From positions 6,596,430 through 6,660,429 of the forward strand of contig OZ251998.1 in assembly GCA_965246985.1 (NCBI GenBank): a stretch of DNA of 64,000 nucleotides, written 5' to 3'. The notes under the pieces were generated by a model. That model saw nothing but the letters and a program-made list of their open reading frames with translations. It was not told the DNA's origin and made no database searches. The stretch comes from Candidatus Poribacteria bacterium. Lineage in GTDB: Bacteria > Poribacteria > WGA-4E > WGA-3G. Below, in pieces: positions 18,081 through 27,965 of this stretch (its first letter is position 1; every line of letters starts with the position of its first letter). The translations under genes and the position numbers were made by a program.

Positions 18081-19532
18081 ATGATGCGCAGGCTAACAGC
18101 CTATGCTACAAAGGAGCGTCTATTTTTGGCGAAGGTATTGAAAGAAGTCTTATTAAAGAAAGTGTTTTTTGTTTCGCCAATTTTCGCTTTGGTTGGATAT
18201 TTCTCGTTATTGGCACTGAGTTCCCCATCAATGCGTCCGGTAGCAATGGAATCACTTCCTGACGTTACCCTTGTGGTTAGCGGTCAGGAATTGGGATACC
18301 TTGAACCGTGTGGATGCGCTGAAGGACAGATCGGCGGGTTCCCTCGCCGGGATAGTGTGCTTCTCCAACTTGCCAGCGGTGGTAAAAACTTACTACGGAT
18401 TGCTAATGGTAATTTGATTTCTGATGCCGGACGGCAATCAGAATTGAAGGCAGAGATCGGATTTACTGCCCTTAAAGAGATGGAATATGCCGCCTTTAAC
18501 GTTGGACCGCGCGATTTACTTTTAGGGATAGAGCAGTTAAATTATTTTTCAAATACCTCTGGAATTCCTTTTTTATCGGCAAATCTATTTCAAGGTGAAG
18601 CGCGTGTGTTTCAACCCTTTGTACTTCATGCCGTGCCTCTCAAAGATTCACAAAAGCAAGTGGCAATCGTTGGGATTATCTCTCAACAATTTGAAATATA
18701 TGCTGAAAACGCAAGTGCGGATTTGATATTGAAAGCCCCAGAGGACGTGCTGAGAGAACTCATTCCTGAACTTTCCTCTGAGTGTGAATTCATCGTCTTG
18801 CTGGTACATGCCGGTATTGACGAAGCAACCGCATTGGCGAAGGTGTTTCCGCAAATTGATGTTATAATCGTTGGGGATGAACAGTCAGAAGCACTTAGAG
18901 AACCTGTTTCTGTTGTGGATACGGTTTTACTCAATCCCGGCACAAAGGGCAAAGCGTTAGGGATGCTTGACATTCAGTGGGACAAGGGTGAAGAGAGAAC
19001 AGATTCTCACTTTCAGTTGCTAACACTTTCAGAACGAACCCCTGACTCGCCTCGGATGATGGATCTGCTGTTCATGTACCAACAGATGCTTGCAGCTGAA
19101 AATCTGAGCGAGGAAGTGGAACGAGAAATTCCCTCAATTGGGGGCATGTATGCTGGGAATGCGAGTTGTAAAACGTGTCACGCCTCGGAATACGCCAGTT
19201 GGAAAAAAACAAAGCATTCTCACGCGTATCACACGCTTGTTGAAAAAGGGCATGAAAATGACCCTGATTGTCTGACGTGTCATACGGTGGGATTCGGATT
19301 TGAGACAGGTTTTATCAGCGAACCTCAGACCCCGACATTAATGGATGTCGGTTGTGAAAATTGCCACGGTGTTGGCGGAAATCACGTCAAAAATCCGCAG
19401 CCTGGATATGGAAAGGTGACGAAGGCGAATTGTCTGACGTGTCACACATCGGAAAATAGCCCGAATTTTGATTATGATGTCTATTTCCCGAAGATTCTGC
19501 ATGGGGCGATGAAAGCAATCACGACAGAATAG
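18081..19532 (+). CDS. Tetraheme c-type cytochrome with N-terminal metallophosphoesterase/5-prime-nucleotidase-like domain
   Basis: Four CxxCH motifs (CKTCH, CLTCH, CENCH, CLTCH) lie in the last ~120 aa. The N-terminus has a signal anchor, then GQELGYLEPCGC..GG. Confidence 0.8.
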   Translation: MMRRLTAYATKERLFLAKVLKEVLLKKVFFVSPIFALVGYFSLLALSSPSMRPVAMESLPDVTLVVSGQELGYLEPCGCAEGQIGGFPRRDSVLLQLASGGKNLLRIANGNLISDAGRQSELKAEIGFTALKEMEYAAFNVGPRDLLLGIEQLNYFSNTSGIPFLSANLFQGEARVFQPFVLHAVPLKDSQKQVAIVGIISQQFEIYAENASADLILKAPEDVLRELIPELSSECEFIVLLVHAGIDEATALAKVFPQIDVIIVGDEQSEALREPVSVVDTVLLNPGTKGKALGMLDIQWDKGEERTDSHFQLLTLSERTPDSPRMMDLLFMYQQMLAAENLSEEVEREIPSIGGMYAGNASCKTCHASEYASWKKTKHSHAYHTLVEKGHENDPDCLTCHTVGFGFETGFISEPQTPTLMDVGCENCHGVGGNHVKNPQPGYGKVTKANCLTCHTSENSPNFDYDVYFPKILHGAMKAITTE

Positions 19533-19543
19533 GAGAAAAAACG

Positions 19544-20881
19544 ATGAAAAAAGTTTTTGCTACATCAATTTTTTCGTTCATGACAGTGATGTTACTACTT
19601 TCTGTTATTCACATAGGGTGCAGTTCGAGGCGTCTTGATCAGAATCAGCAAAACATTCTTGAGCAGCCTCAAGAAAACGCCCCTGAGCAGCCTCAAAAGA
19701 CGGTTATCTCTTCAAAACCCAAAGAGACGAGCATTTTCAGCGTGATAGAGATAGAGGATCCGGAATATCCGACACTTGCTGTTTCTATTCAACTACCGTA
19801 CCGTATCGGTCTAAACAATATCGTTGCCCTCTCAGGTGAACACGCATATCTCACGACTGAACGGCACCTGCACGTCATTGATGTTTCTATCCCGCAACGT
19901 CCCGCTTACCTGACATCTCTCGCGTTTCCTGATGAAATCGGCAAAGTCCTTGCCTCTGGAGACTATCTCGTTGTCGCAAGCCGAAAAAAGTTTTATCTTG
20001 TCAATGTTTCACAGCCGTCGCATCCAGTACTTGAATCTACTGGGCATTTACCACAGCAACGCCCAATCAAAGACCTTGATGCCCTTGACGATCACCTCTA
20101 TGTTATGGGAGAAAATGATTATCTGTATATTTTTTACGCGCCTCGCGGACAGGCGCGCCTCGTCAAATCTGTTGAACTGCAGAAACGCTGGTGGTTGCTA
20201 AGCCTGAAAGCCGGCAGTCCTGAAGTGATACAGATCCCACAGTGGACTTCAAACACTTTTCCCGGAGGTGTTTGGGACCCATTCTTGTCTCAACGCCGGT
20301 TTTTACAACTCCCCAGCAGCAAACAGGAAAAAGTCCGCGCATCGTCTAATTTTCTGGTAGTAGAGTGGCTGAGAGACCCAACCTACGATCTATTCATTTT
20401 CGATGCAAACAGAGATAATGATCATCAGGTCACGACAGCCATAGGCTACCATGACCTGGCGTGGCTGTTTCGCGAATATCTCACCACGATAGGGCAAAAG
20501 ACCCTCACTCGCAGAACCCCTGCGCGTGCGTATGCAGTCGCAAACGGAAAGATGCAGGAAATCCTCCCAGAGCCATTATTGAGCGAGACGATGGAAGTTG
20601 AAGACAAACGATTAAAACTGGGACCTGTCACAGATTTTCAAATTTCCGGGGATCGACTTTATATAGTCACCGCAAACGGGTTCTTTTCTATTATCCGCTC
20701 TAATACAATAGAGTACATGAAAAATGCAGTAGAGCACATGAAAACGCACCGTCAATTTAGAGCCGCCTTACCGATGTTATCCGCTACACCGTTTCTGATA
20801 AGCCGCCCGATAAGTCTGGCGGTCAGTGAAGGTGAACATTATGCGTATGTGTTATCTCATCCGGAAGATTCACAAAGATGA
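19544..20881 (+). CDS. Lipoprotein with LVIVD-like beta-propeller repeats
   Basis: Lipobox-like ...VIHIGC. Repeated HLHVIDVSIPQRP / FYLVNVSQPSHP segments. AGGAGA SD. Confidence 0.7.
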   Translation: MKKVFATSIFSFMTVMLLLSVIHIGCSSRRLDQNQQNILEQPQENAPEQPQKTVISSKPKETSIFSVIEIEDPEYPTLAVSIQLPYRIGLNNIVALSGEHAYLTTERHLHVIDVSIPQRPAYLTSLAFPDEIGKVLASGDYLVVASRKKFYLVNVSQPSHPVLESTGHLPQQRPIKDLDALDDHLYVMGENDYLYIFYAPRGQARLVKSVELQKRWWLLSLKAGSPEVIQIPQWTSNTFPGGVWDPFLSQRRFLQLPSSKQEKVRASSNFLVVEWLRDPTYDLFIFDANRDNDHQVTTAIGYHDLAWLFREYLTTIGQKTLTRRTPARAYAVANGKMQEILPEPLLSETMEVEDKRLKLGPVTDFQISGDRLYIVTANGFFSIIRSNTIEYMKNAVEHMKTHRQFRAALPMLSATPFLISRPISLAVSEGEHYAYVLSHPEDSQR

Positions 20882-21190
20882 AACCGAAACTCCGAACCCT
20901 TTTATAGAACGTCTACATAGATGCCTCGGCAAGAATATCGCGAATCGCAGCAAGGTTGAGAAGTATTGCGATTGTACGCTTGTGACAGTCCACCCCTCGC
21001 AACCCCGCTTTCGCAGAAAGATCGCCGATGCTTTTTGCTCGGTCCATACGGACCGGACTCAACCGGCTGTGCCGGTAAACCTGGGGAAAGCCAGTGCTTT
21101 TCCCGCAAATACCCCGAGTTGATCACACTGTTGTATATCAACTCACCATTAACAATCCACCTATAGAATTTTATAGGTGATAAGGAGAAT

Positions 21191-21586
21191 ATGATGAAAC
21201 ATAAATTTTGGTTTTCCTATCTCGCTTTAGTTTTACTTTTATCGGGGCTGGCTTATGTCGCTATCTCCGATGATGCCGATGTACCATTGGCACTTTCTGA
21301 CTCAGAAATGACCTTATTACAGGCAACTGGTGTGGATGAGAGGTGCAGGGACAATATGATTGGCTGCAATAATACCACTTGTGACCCCGCATTTTTCTTT
21401 GGAACAGCTAAGGAGAGAAGACTGTTAAGAAAGTGCATGTCGGCAACAAACTGGATCTGTAATTCGGCAGGTTTTTGGAATGACCAAGATAAGTGTGAGG
21501 TTACGTACTATGTAAACCACTGCCAAACAGAAATTGGTCCAGCTATGGAACATGCTCATAACTGCACCAGTAACTACCAACCGTAA
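21191..21586 (+). CDS. Small secreted Cys-rich protein, unknown function
   Basis: Signal-peptide-like N-terminus, about 9 Cys, AAGGAG SD. Confidence 0.6.
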   Translation: MMKHKFWFSYLALVLLLSGLAYVAISDDADVPLALSDSEMTLLQATGVDERCRDNMIGCNNTTCDPAFFFGTAKERRLLRKCMSATNWICNSAGFWNDQDKCEVTYYVNHCQTEIGPAMEHAHNCTSNYQP

Positions 21587-21796
21587 AAGGTTCTAAATCT
21601 ATGTAGACGGTGCCCTGTTCAGAAATTGCGCCAAGTCTATTTAAGTCCATACGGGATGTTTATGAGACTTTTGCGCTTTTTCTGAGCAGAGGGATACTGC
21701 AAAAAGGAAGAGTTCCAACCCTTCGAGTCGGTAACTTTGTCGCCACCGGTAACGGGCAATAGCGGGTTATCGCCTCAGCCCACAGAGGAGTTGCTG

Positions 21797-22474
21797 ATGT
21801 TTTTAAAATCAAAATGGTTCTGGATATGCTCAATATTTCCCGTTTGTGCAGCGATATTCTTCGGCGTTGTGGCTCACCGAGCCAATCAACCGCGAGAAGT
21901 GATAAAGGTGTATAAAGTCGTAGAGTTCCCGCAACGCCGCACACCGCAGGAGCCAGCGTCCCCCTTAAGGGCCGACAGCGCGGGCGCGGAAACCGACACG
22001 CCTGTCAATATGAGGCGTGGAGATTTTTCACAGGACACCGAAACTGAGATCACAGACGCACTCACGCAGGCAGCCGACGAACCACCGCCCGCAGGTGTAG
22101 ATGCCGCACAGGTCTCCAATCGAAACACAGAAGCAGAAGCAGATGCCGCCTTGGCTGCCGAACTCGCCTTCGCTGCCGAAAGACTTGTAGAACTCCGTAT
22201 AGAAATCCCTCGAGCTCTTGAATCCCGCCGCGAAGTGCTGGACCTTATTGACGAACTCGTCTCAGATGCCACCTCATACGGGATAACCCCAGAACTTTCA
22301 CAGATTGGAGATGAACTCAATAAGGAAAGAGATGAACTCCAAGATACTATCTTTGAGAAGTGTCATGAGTATATTATGTATACCTTTGGTGATATTTCTC
22401 CCTTTCAGCCAGGCGGTGAATTTTTTGAACTCATGCGCCAAAACGGAATAGGCATCGGGGCGGTAGAGAGATGA
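21797..22474 (+). CDS. Membrane-anchored acidic/Ala-rich protein, unknown function
   Basis: I prefer the start at MFLKSKWFWICSIF (GAGGAG SD) over the track start at 21737. It has one TM segment followed by a low-complexity acidic region. Confidence 0.55.
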   Translation: MFLKSKWFWICSIFPVCAAIFFGVVAHRANQPREVIKVYKVVEFPQRRTPQEPASPLRADSAGAETDTPVNMRRGDFSQDTETEITDALTQAADEPPPAGVDAAQVSNRNTEAEADAALAAELAFAAERLVELRIEIPRALESRREVLDLIDELVSDATSYGITPELSQIGDELNKERDELQDTIFEKCHEYIMYTFGDISPFQPGGEFFELMRQNGIGIGAVER

Positions 22475-22510
22475 TTCTAAAACGAGACCCTTTTCAATCA
22501 GGAGTTTAAA

Positions 22511-23665
22511 ATGAAGAAAAGAGTATTCATATCACGATTTTTGCTCATGTTATTTGCTGCGGCGTTCCACATATCTGTTGCGGTGCCAGAGCCCGATCTT
22601 GACTTACAAACCCTCATCGCAGGTATTAAGCATTTTGATGCCGTGGTTATTTCAGGGAAGGGAGAGTTTGTCTTCGAGCAGAAGATGGGACCGAAGGTAG
22701 AAAAAAAGACTTACGTTCTCACATTTGATGGCACCACCTTTGAAGAGGCACAGATCCGAGTCGACTTTTCCAAAGACACTGACTTAACAGATATTTGCGA
22801 TGGAGAAAGACACTGGAAAGTCATTGAGCGCAATTCGCCGCTCTTTCGTGTAGATATTTCACCCGCCGACTACCAACTTCTCAACAAAGCGAAACCGGAA
22901 CTGCCTCACTCCGTGAAACAGAAATTTAAAGAGATAGGCATCAACTTCTCTGACGATTTTCGCATCGAAACCAAAGAGGAAAGCCCGTATTCCAAATGGA
23001 TTGACAATGCATCGGGGGACAGTTACTACACTCACTCCACTGAAGAATACGTCTTGGTTTATACGCCTCGCATTGAGTATATGGTGGGTCCTGGATGTCG
23101 GATACGCGCACTTTTAGATCCGAGGTACTGGATGACGTACGGAAAGGCAACACCAACCAGTTACCTGATGACTCCTCTCTGGAGAGTCCTTGAAAAGTAT
23201 GAAAGCGACATCCTGCAAACAGAAATGCTAAACGGTGAAGAGACATACCTCGTTAGTGTGAAGGAGCCAAGAGGACAACCTCTTAAGCTCTGGATATGCC
23301 CTGAAAAAGGGTTCCGTTTGGTGAAATTACAAACAATATTCGAGAATCCAATTGAATCCGATATGATCCCTTTCAAAAAAGGGATCCACTATGTTACGGA
23401 ACGCATCCTTCACTATCGTGAATACCAACCGGGGATTTGGTTTCCTGAAAAAATTGTGCAAACTATTCACCCCTTGTTATCAGAGGACCCGAAAAACAGG
23501 GGTGACCTCGTCGGAAAAACCACACTTCAGCCTTCCGGCGCGTTTCAACTCAACCTTGATGTCTCCAATGAATTTCAATTAGACCTTCCCGACGAGACAT
23601 CCATTTTTGATGATGAACTCGGCAAAATGCGTCCCTTTCGCGAACTGAAGGAAATTTCTCAGTGA
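22511..23665 (+). CDS. Secreted hypothetical protein (possibly LolA/RseB-like fold)
   Basis: Signal peptide and AGGAG SD. The fold guess is weak. Confidence 0.7.
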   Translation: MKKRVFISRFLLMLFAAAFHISVAVPEPDLDLQTLIAGIKHFDAVVISGKGEFVFEQKMGPKVEKKTYVLTFDGTTFEEAQIRVDFSKDTDLTDICDGERHWKVIERNSPLFRVDISPADYQLLNKAKPELPHSVKQKFKEIGINFSDDFRIETKEESPYSKWIDNASGDSYYTHSTEEYVLVYTPRIEYMVGPGCRIRALLDPRYWMTYGKATPTSYLMTPLWRVLEKYESDILQTEMLNGEETYLVSVKEPRGQPLKLWICPEKGFRLVKLQTIFENPIESDMIPFKKGIHYVTERILHYREYQPGIWFPEKIVQTIHPLLSEDPKNRGDLVGKTTLQPSGAFQLNLDVSNEFQLDLPDETSIFDDELGKMRPFRELKEISQ

Positions 23666-23765
23666 TAGAGAAGCCTCCCTTTCTGCGAACGTTACGATAC
23701 ACAGAATATCGGAGGGACACAGCAACCCACAGGACATACAATAGGAGAAGAAGGGATTTATCAAA

Positions 23766-25217
23766 ATGAAGAATTTCAAAGACAATCTATACGCCAAGTG
23801 TTTACTTCTAACGTTAGCATTAATGTTTGGGCTAACCCTCGCCGTAACCGATGTGGCTTGGACGCAAGAAAAGGATGAGGCATTCTACGCGCGAATGTGC
23901 GGTCCCTTGAGCCTCTCAATTATTTGTGAAATGTTAGGGCAAGAGATAGCTCCCGAGACGATTGTCCAGCTGGCGGGCGCAATTGATGATTCGGGGGAAG
24001 TCAGGGCCACCGGCACCAGCATGAAAGAACTTGCAGATGTCGCACACAAACTCGGCTTCAAAGCCGTCGGTATGAAAATGAACCTACAAAATCTCGAAAA
24101 ACTTGGCGTACCTGTTATCGCTCATACAACCCAAAATGGAAGAAACCACTTTTTGGTAGTTGAGCGCGTCATAAATGATAAATTCCGTCTCATTGAAGTG
24201 GATGGCTCCATTCAACTTCTGAGTAAAAATGAGTTTTCAAATATTTGGAATGGCATTGTTCTCGTCATTTCCAAACCACAATCGCCCCCCACGGCAGAAA
24301 AACCCGTTGTCCAGACCGACGAAGTGTTATTCGACTTCGGGTACGCACAACACCAGCAGACAATCACCCATATATTCAAAATCAAAAACGTAGGCAACCA
24401 GCCCCTCGATATTCTCGACGTAGACTCCTCCTGCTCATGCACTGCAGCCCTCCTGTCAGAAAAAACAATCTTACCGGGCGAAACGGCTAAAATTGAGGCG
24501 AAGTTTGAAACAGAATACCGCCGCGGCAGACAAACCTCCACCATAAAAGTGCGCACAAATGATAGCGACACCCCTATAATTCATTTCACCCTCACCGGTG
24601 TCGTTGCCGGACTTGCCCGGGTCGTTCCCAACAACCTCCATCTCAAATACATATCCAACCAAGAAGACATCCACAAAACGATTGAAATCTACGACCCAGG
24701 GGATGGTAGATTAAAAGTGAAAAGTGTCAAGTCAAGTTCTCCATACATTAAAACACGGTTTCAGCATATCTATGAAGGTGGACTCGTAGTGAAAATATTT
24801 GTGACTATAAAGTCAGGTCTCCCTTTCGGTGAGTTGGAAGAAAAGTTGACAATCTTGACAGAAGGATACCTTTACCCACACGTGGAGGTCCTCGTCAAAG
24901 GACAGGTGGTCGGTGCCATTCGCCTTGTGCCCGACCAATTTTTCATGGGATTTGTCAAAAAAGGCGAAGTTGCTCGCCGTGTCGCGCGTTTACGGAAAAA
25001 AGGACCCGCCGATTTGAAAATTCAGAAAATTGAAAGCAGCCATCCCAATGTCACGGCAGATTTTAAAGCCATCAAACCAGGGGCGGAATATGAGATAAAG
25101 GTGACTTTTACCGCCCCCGCATCCGAAACGGGGAAGTTGGAAGCACTCATCAAAATCCACACCCATGACAGCCATCAACCCTTGTTTGAAGTCCCGTTTT
25201 ATGCAATCGTCAAATAA
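23766..25217 (+). CDS. Secreted peptidase-C39-like domain fused to DUF1573-like Ig-fold domains
   Basis: CGPLSLSIICEMLG and NHFLVVERV form a Cys/His pair of C39 type. FDFGYAQ..ITHIFKIKNVGNQPLDILDVDSSCSC is DUF1573-like. Confidence 0.8.
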   Translation: MKNFKDNLYAKCLLLTLALMFGLTLAVTDVAWTQEKDEAFYARMCGPLSLSIICEMLGQEIAPETIVQLAGAIDDSGEVRATGTSMKELADVAHKLGFKAVGMKMNLQNLEKLGVPVIAHTTQNGRNHFLVVERVINDKFRLIEVDGSIQLLSKNEFSNIWNGIVLVISKPQSPPTAEKPVVQTDEVLFDFGYAQHQQTITHIFKIKNVGNQPLDILDVDSSCSCTAALLSEKTILPGETAKIEAKFETEYRRGRQTSTIKVRTNDSDTPIIHFTLTGVVAGLARVVPNNLHLKYISNQEDIHKTIEIYDPGDGRLKVKSVKSSSPYIKTRFQHIYEGGLVVKIFVTIKSGLPFGELEEKLTILTEGYLYPHVEVLVKGQVVGAIRLVPDQFFMGFVKKGEVARRVARLRKKGPADLKIQKIESSHPNVTADFKAIKPGAEYEIKVTFTAPASETGKLEALIKIHTHDSHQPLFEVPFYAIVK

Positions 25218-27965
25218 GCGTGAACGCCTCTTTTCCGCCACATTGTTGTTCCTGATGATTGCCTTCGGTATCTTCCTCCGTGTACAAAACCGAGACGCAT
25301 TAGAAGAGCCATATTTGTTCGGGACAGATTCATACAGATACTTTCGGCAAACCCGCCAGATTGTCGAATCCGGGGATCTACCGCATATAGATACGATGCG
25401 AAATTCGCCCGACGGTATTGATAATACGACGGTGACACCGCTGTTCCCTTATGTATTAGCGAACACTTTCGGAGCAGTGCATACATTTTTCCCCAGTTTG
25501 ACATTATATCAATTCGCCATCTTTTCTTCCATTTTCTTTATATCTGTCGCCGCCTTGATCTTATACATTAGTAAAACCCACAATTAACTTTACATTGGCG
25601 AGGTTAGGAAACCTCGCCAGCGAGCGAGTGTATTCGCGGAATTGTTGCTCTTTAAAGTGTAAACATATTTTCGGGTTTTACTAATGTTTACAAAGAGACT
25701 TTTCGGGGAAATCGCAGCTTTATTTGCTACTCTGGTCTTTGTTTCGACCCCCCGGCTGATTTTTGTATCTTTCGCGGGGTATGTAGATACCGATGCAACA
25801 AACATCTTATTCTTTTTAGGCGGTCTCTCTCTCTTTTATGAATGTTGTCAAGCGCAGCGGATGTGGAAACGTTTTGTCTATACGCTCCTCTCGGGAATCA
25901 CAATAAGTTTTCTCGGCTTAATATGGAAAGGAGTCGGGTTCGCTATAACGGTTGTTGTCTTTTTTAATTTTCTACAACTCTGCACAAAAGGCTATGATAA
26001 AACCGGGTTCGCACAGTACGCAATCTGGGTTTTCCCCATTTTAGTAGGGTTACTCGGACTTACAAAAATATATCGATCGCAGCTATTCTCACCCCATGTT
26101 CTCCTGGCCATCGGTGTTCCAATTGGGTTCGGGATATTCGCAGCTCTTTTCATCGGTATACAATCACGAAACGTCCAAAAATTTTGTTCGCCTTTACTTA
26201 ACAAAGTTCCCTTAGGGTTAGGGATGAGTGTTCTTTTTCTTTGCCTGGGATGTATTATTTTAACGCTTATACGTGGAAATTTAAATTGGATATTGACCTT
26301 AATTGATGCCATCTTTTACCCTTTCGGTAAGAATGGTGTCATGGAATTTGTGAACGAACTTCGCCCCACAACATTCAACAGGTGGCGGGAAGCATACGGG
26401 CTACTCCTGCTCTTCGCTATTCCGGGGTTGTGTCTCCTCACTTATACCCGCGCCCCGAGAAAACGAAGAGCTTTTTTACTTCACTGTTTGATAATAGGGA
26501 TAGCCCTCGTAGGCATCGCTGTTAGCCGATTTGTCCCCTTGCTCACATTGTCCACCCCTTGGTTCACAGATAGTGTTATTTTCGCCATTGCAGTTATGCT
26601 GATAATTGCCAATACACTCTACCAATGCTGCTTGCCAACACATCAGGCGGCTACAGAGATCATAACTGAAAATCACACCCTCCTCATATCTGCCTGGTTC
26701 ATTCCGAGCTATATGCTGGCATGTTCCGCCCAACGTTTTCATCTATTTCTCGCACCTTTGGTTGCCATGCTTTCAGGCTACGTGTTGAACAGGCTTTTCA
26801 AAAAGTATATGCCTCAATCAGAAAACAACTGGCATCCGCTCGTTTTTTTAGGTGTGTTGTTAGCCTGGCAAGTGCTGATTTGTGGGAAAGACATCCTTAC
26901 ATTTCTTCTGTCGCTACTCTCTTTTTTACATCTATCGTTAAGTTTACCTGAGCGCCTTCAACTCCTAATTACCCTATTCGTGACAGCAATATTCTTTGGC
27001 TTTATCCTTCAGAACCTTCTTTATAGAAAACAGACACAGTATAGTTTTAAAAAGGCGTGTACTTTAATCATTGTATGTTTGATTGCCTGGCTGTCCATCA
27101 TAGGAATTTACCGCTTAGGTCCCACCCAAACAGGGTTTATGGGAACGCTAACGGCAGAACCGCTTCCAGATAGTGGAACGCGTGATGCCCTCAATGGGTT
27201 AAAAACACATACCTCACCTAATGCGGTTATAGCGGCTAATTGGAACTTAGGAAGTATGACAAATGAAATAGGAAGGAGAACGACGATTGTTGATGAAGAA
27301 CAGAATTTGGCGAAAATCAGCGCAATGTCGAAAGCCGTATTTTGCGGGGAAAATGAGGATGCGGCTTTACAGTTTTTGAAAGAACATAGAGCGACTCATA
27401 TTTTATTACATCCAATGGATATTTTTCAACTAAACTTTCATTTTTTCGCAGCGACAGGACTCGACGGAACTATTGAACAAGTCCATCCGGTCGTTCCCCT
27501 TTCACTCTCTGATAAGTCTGATCAAAAACTTGAATATTTCGTTGACTATCCACTATCAATTAAGATAAACACTGAAACTCATCAGGAGACAATGAAGAAG
27601 GTGATTATTCCTTTTTTATGGGAAATGAAGGTTTTACGATTAGTAGTCCGCCCTCCATCACCATTCATGAAGGTAATTCCGTAAAGACTCTTTCAGTTAA
27701 AGAATTAATCATAGCAGATGGGCAATGGTACTTCCCGGAGGGAAAAATCAGCGGGTGTGTCTGGAAACCCAGTGAAATCGTTCAGGATAGACCTCTTGAA
27801 TTTATGGACCCGATGGCACTCTATATTTCTCCTGGGGCGAGAGAATCCTTGGCGGTCAAGTTGTTTTTGGGCGAACACAGCGATCATTTTAAGTTGGTTT
27901 ATAAATCTTCCTCAACCTATGGACCTATTCCAGTAAAAATTTGGGAGATTCACTATGAAGAGTGA
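25165..27965 (+). pseudogene. STT3/PglB/AglB-like GT-C glycosyltransferase, disrupted by a MITE and a frameshift
   Basis: Three ORF pieces: 25165-25587, 25684-27684 and 27618-27965. EL1 Asp lies in FGTDSYRYF, a DxD lies in GYVDTD, and the EL5 motif FVNELRPTTF resembles SVSEHQPTTW. The WWDYG position reads NWNLG (27238-27252). The C-terminus HFKLVY...VKIWEI is STT3-like. The frame switches at a T6 run (27612-27617). Confidence 0.8.
25571..25681. mobile_element. 111-bp MITE (family A), copy 1, inside the STT3-like gene
   Basis: One mismatch to 42408-42518. The TIRs are GTAAAACCC and GGGTTTTAC. TA lies on both flanks. The internal hairpin is GGCGAGGTTAGGAAACCTCGCC. It contributes in-frame stops. 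Confidence 0.85.

Noticed and set aside
20900-21140. Possible gene remnant on the minus strand (…LGVFAGKALAFPRFTGTAG* / …SIGDLSAKAGLRGVDCHKRTIAILLNLAAIRDILAEASM*)
   Set aside because: It is two short frame-shifted pieces with no recognisable family motif and no start or SD. The evidence is too weak to annotate.
27618-27965. 115-aa ORF as an independent gene
   Set aside because: Its sequence (…HFKLVY…VKIWEI) is the normal C-terminus of STT3-type proteins. It overlaps the upstream ORF across a T6 run, so it is the frameshifted tail of the same gene.
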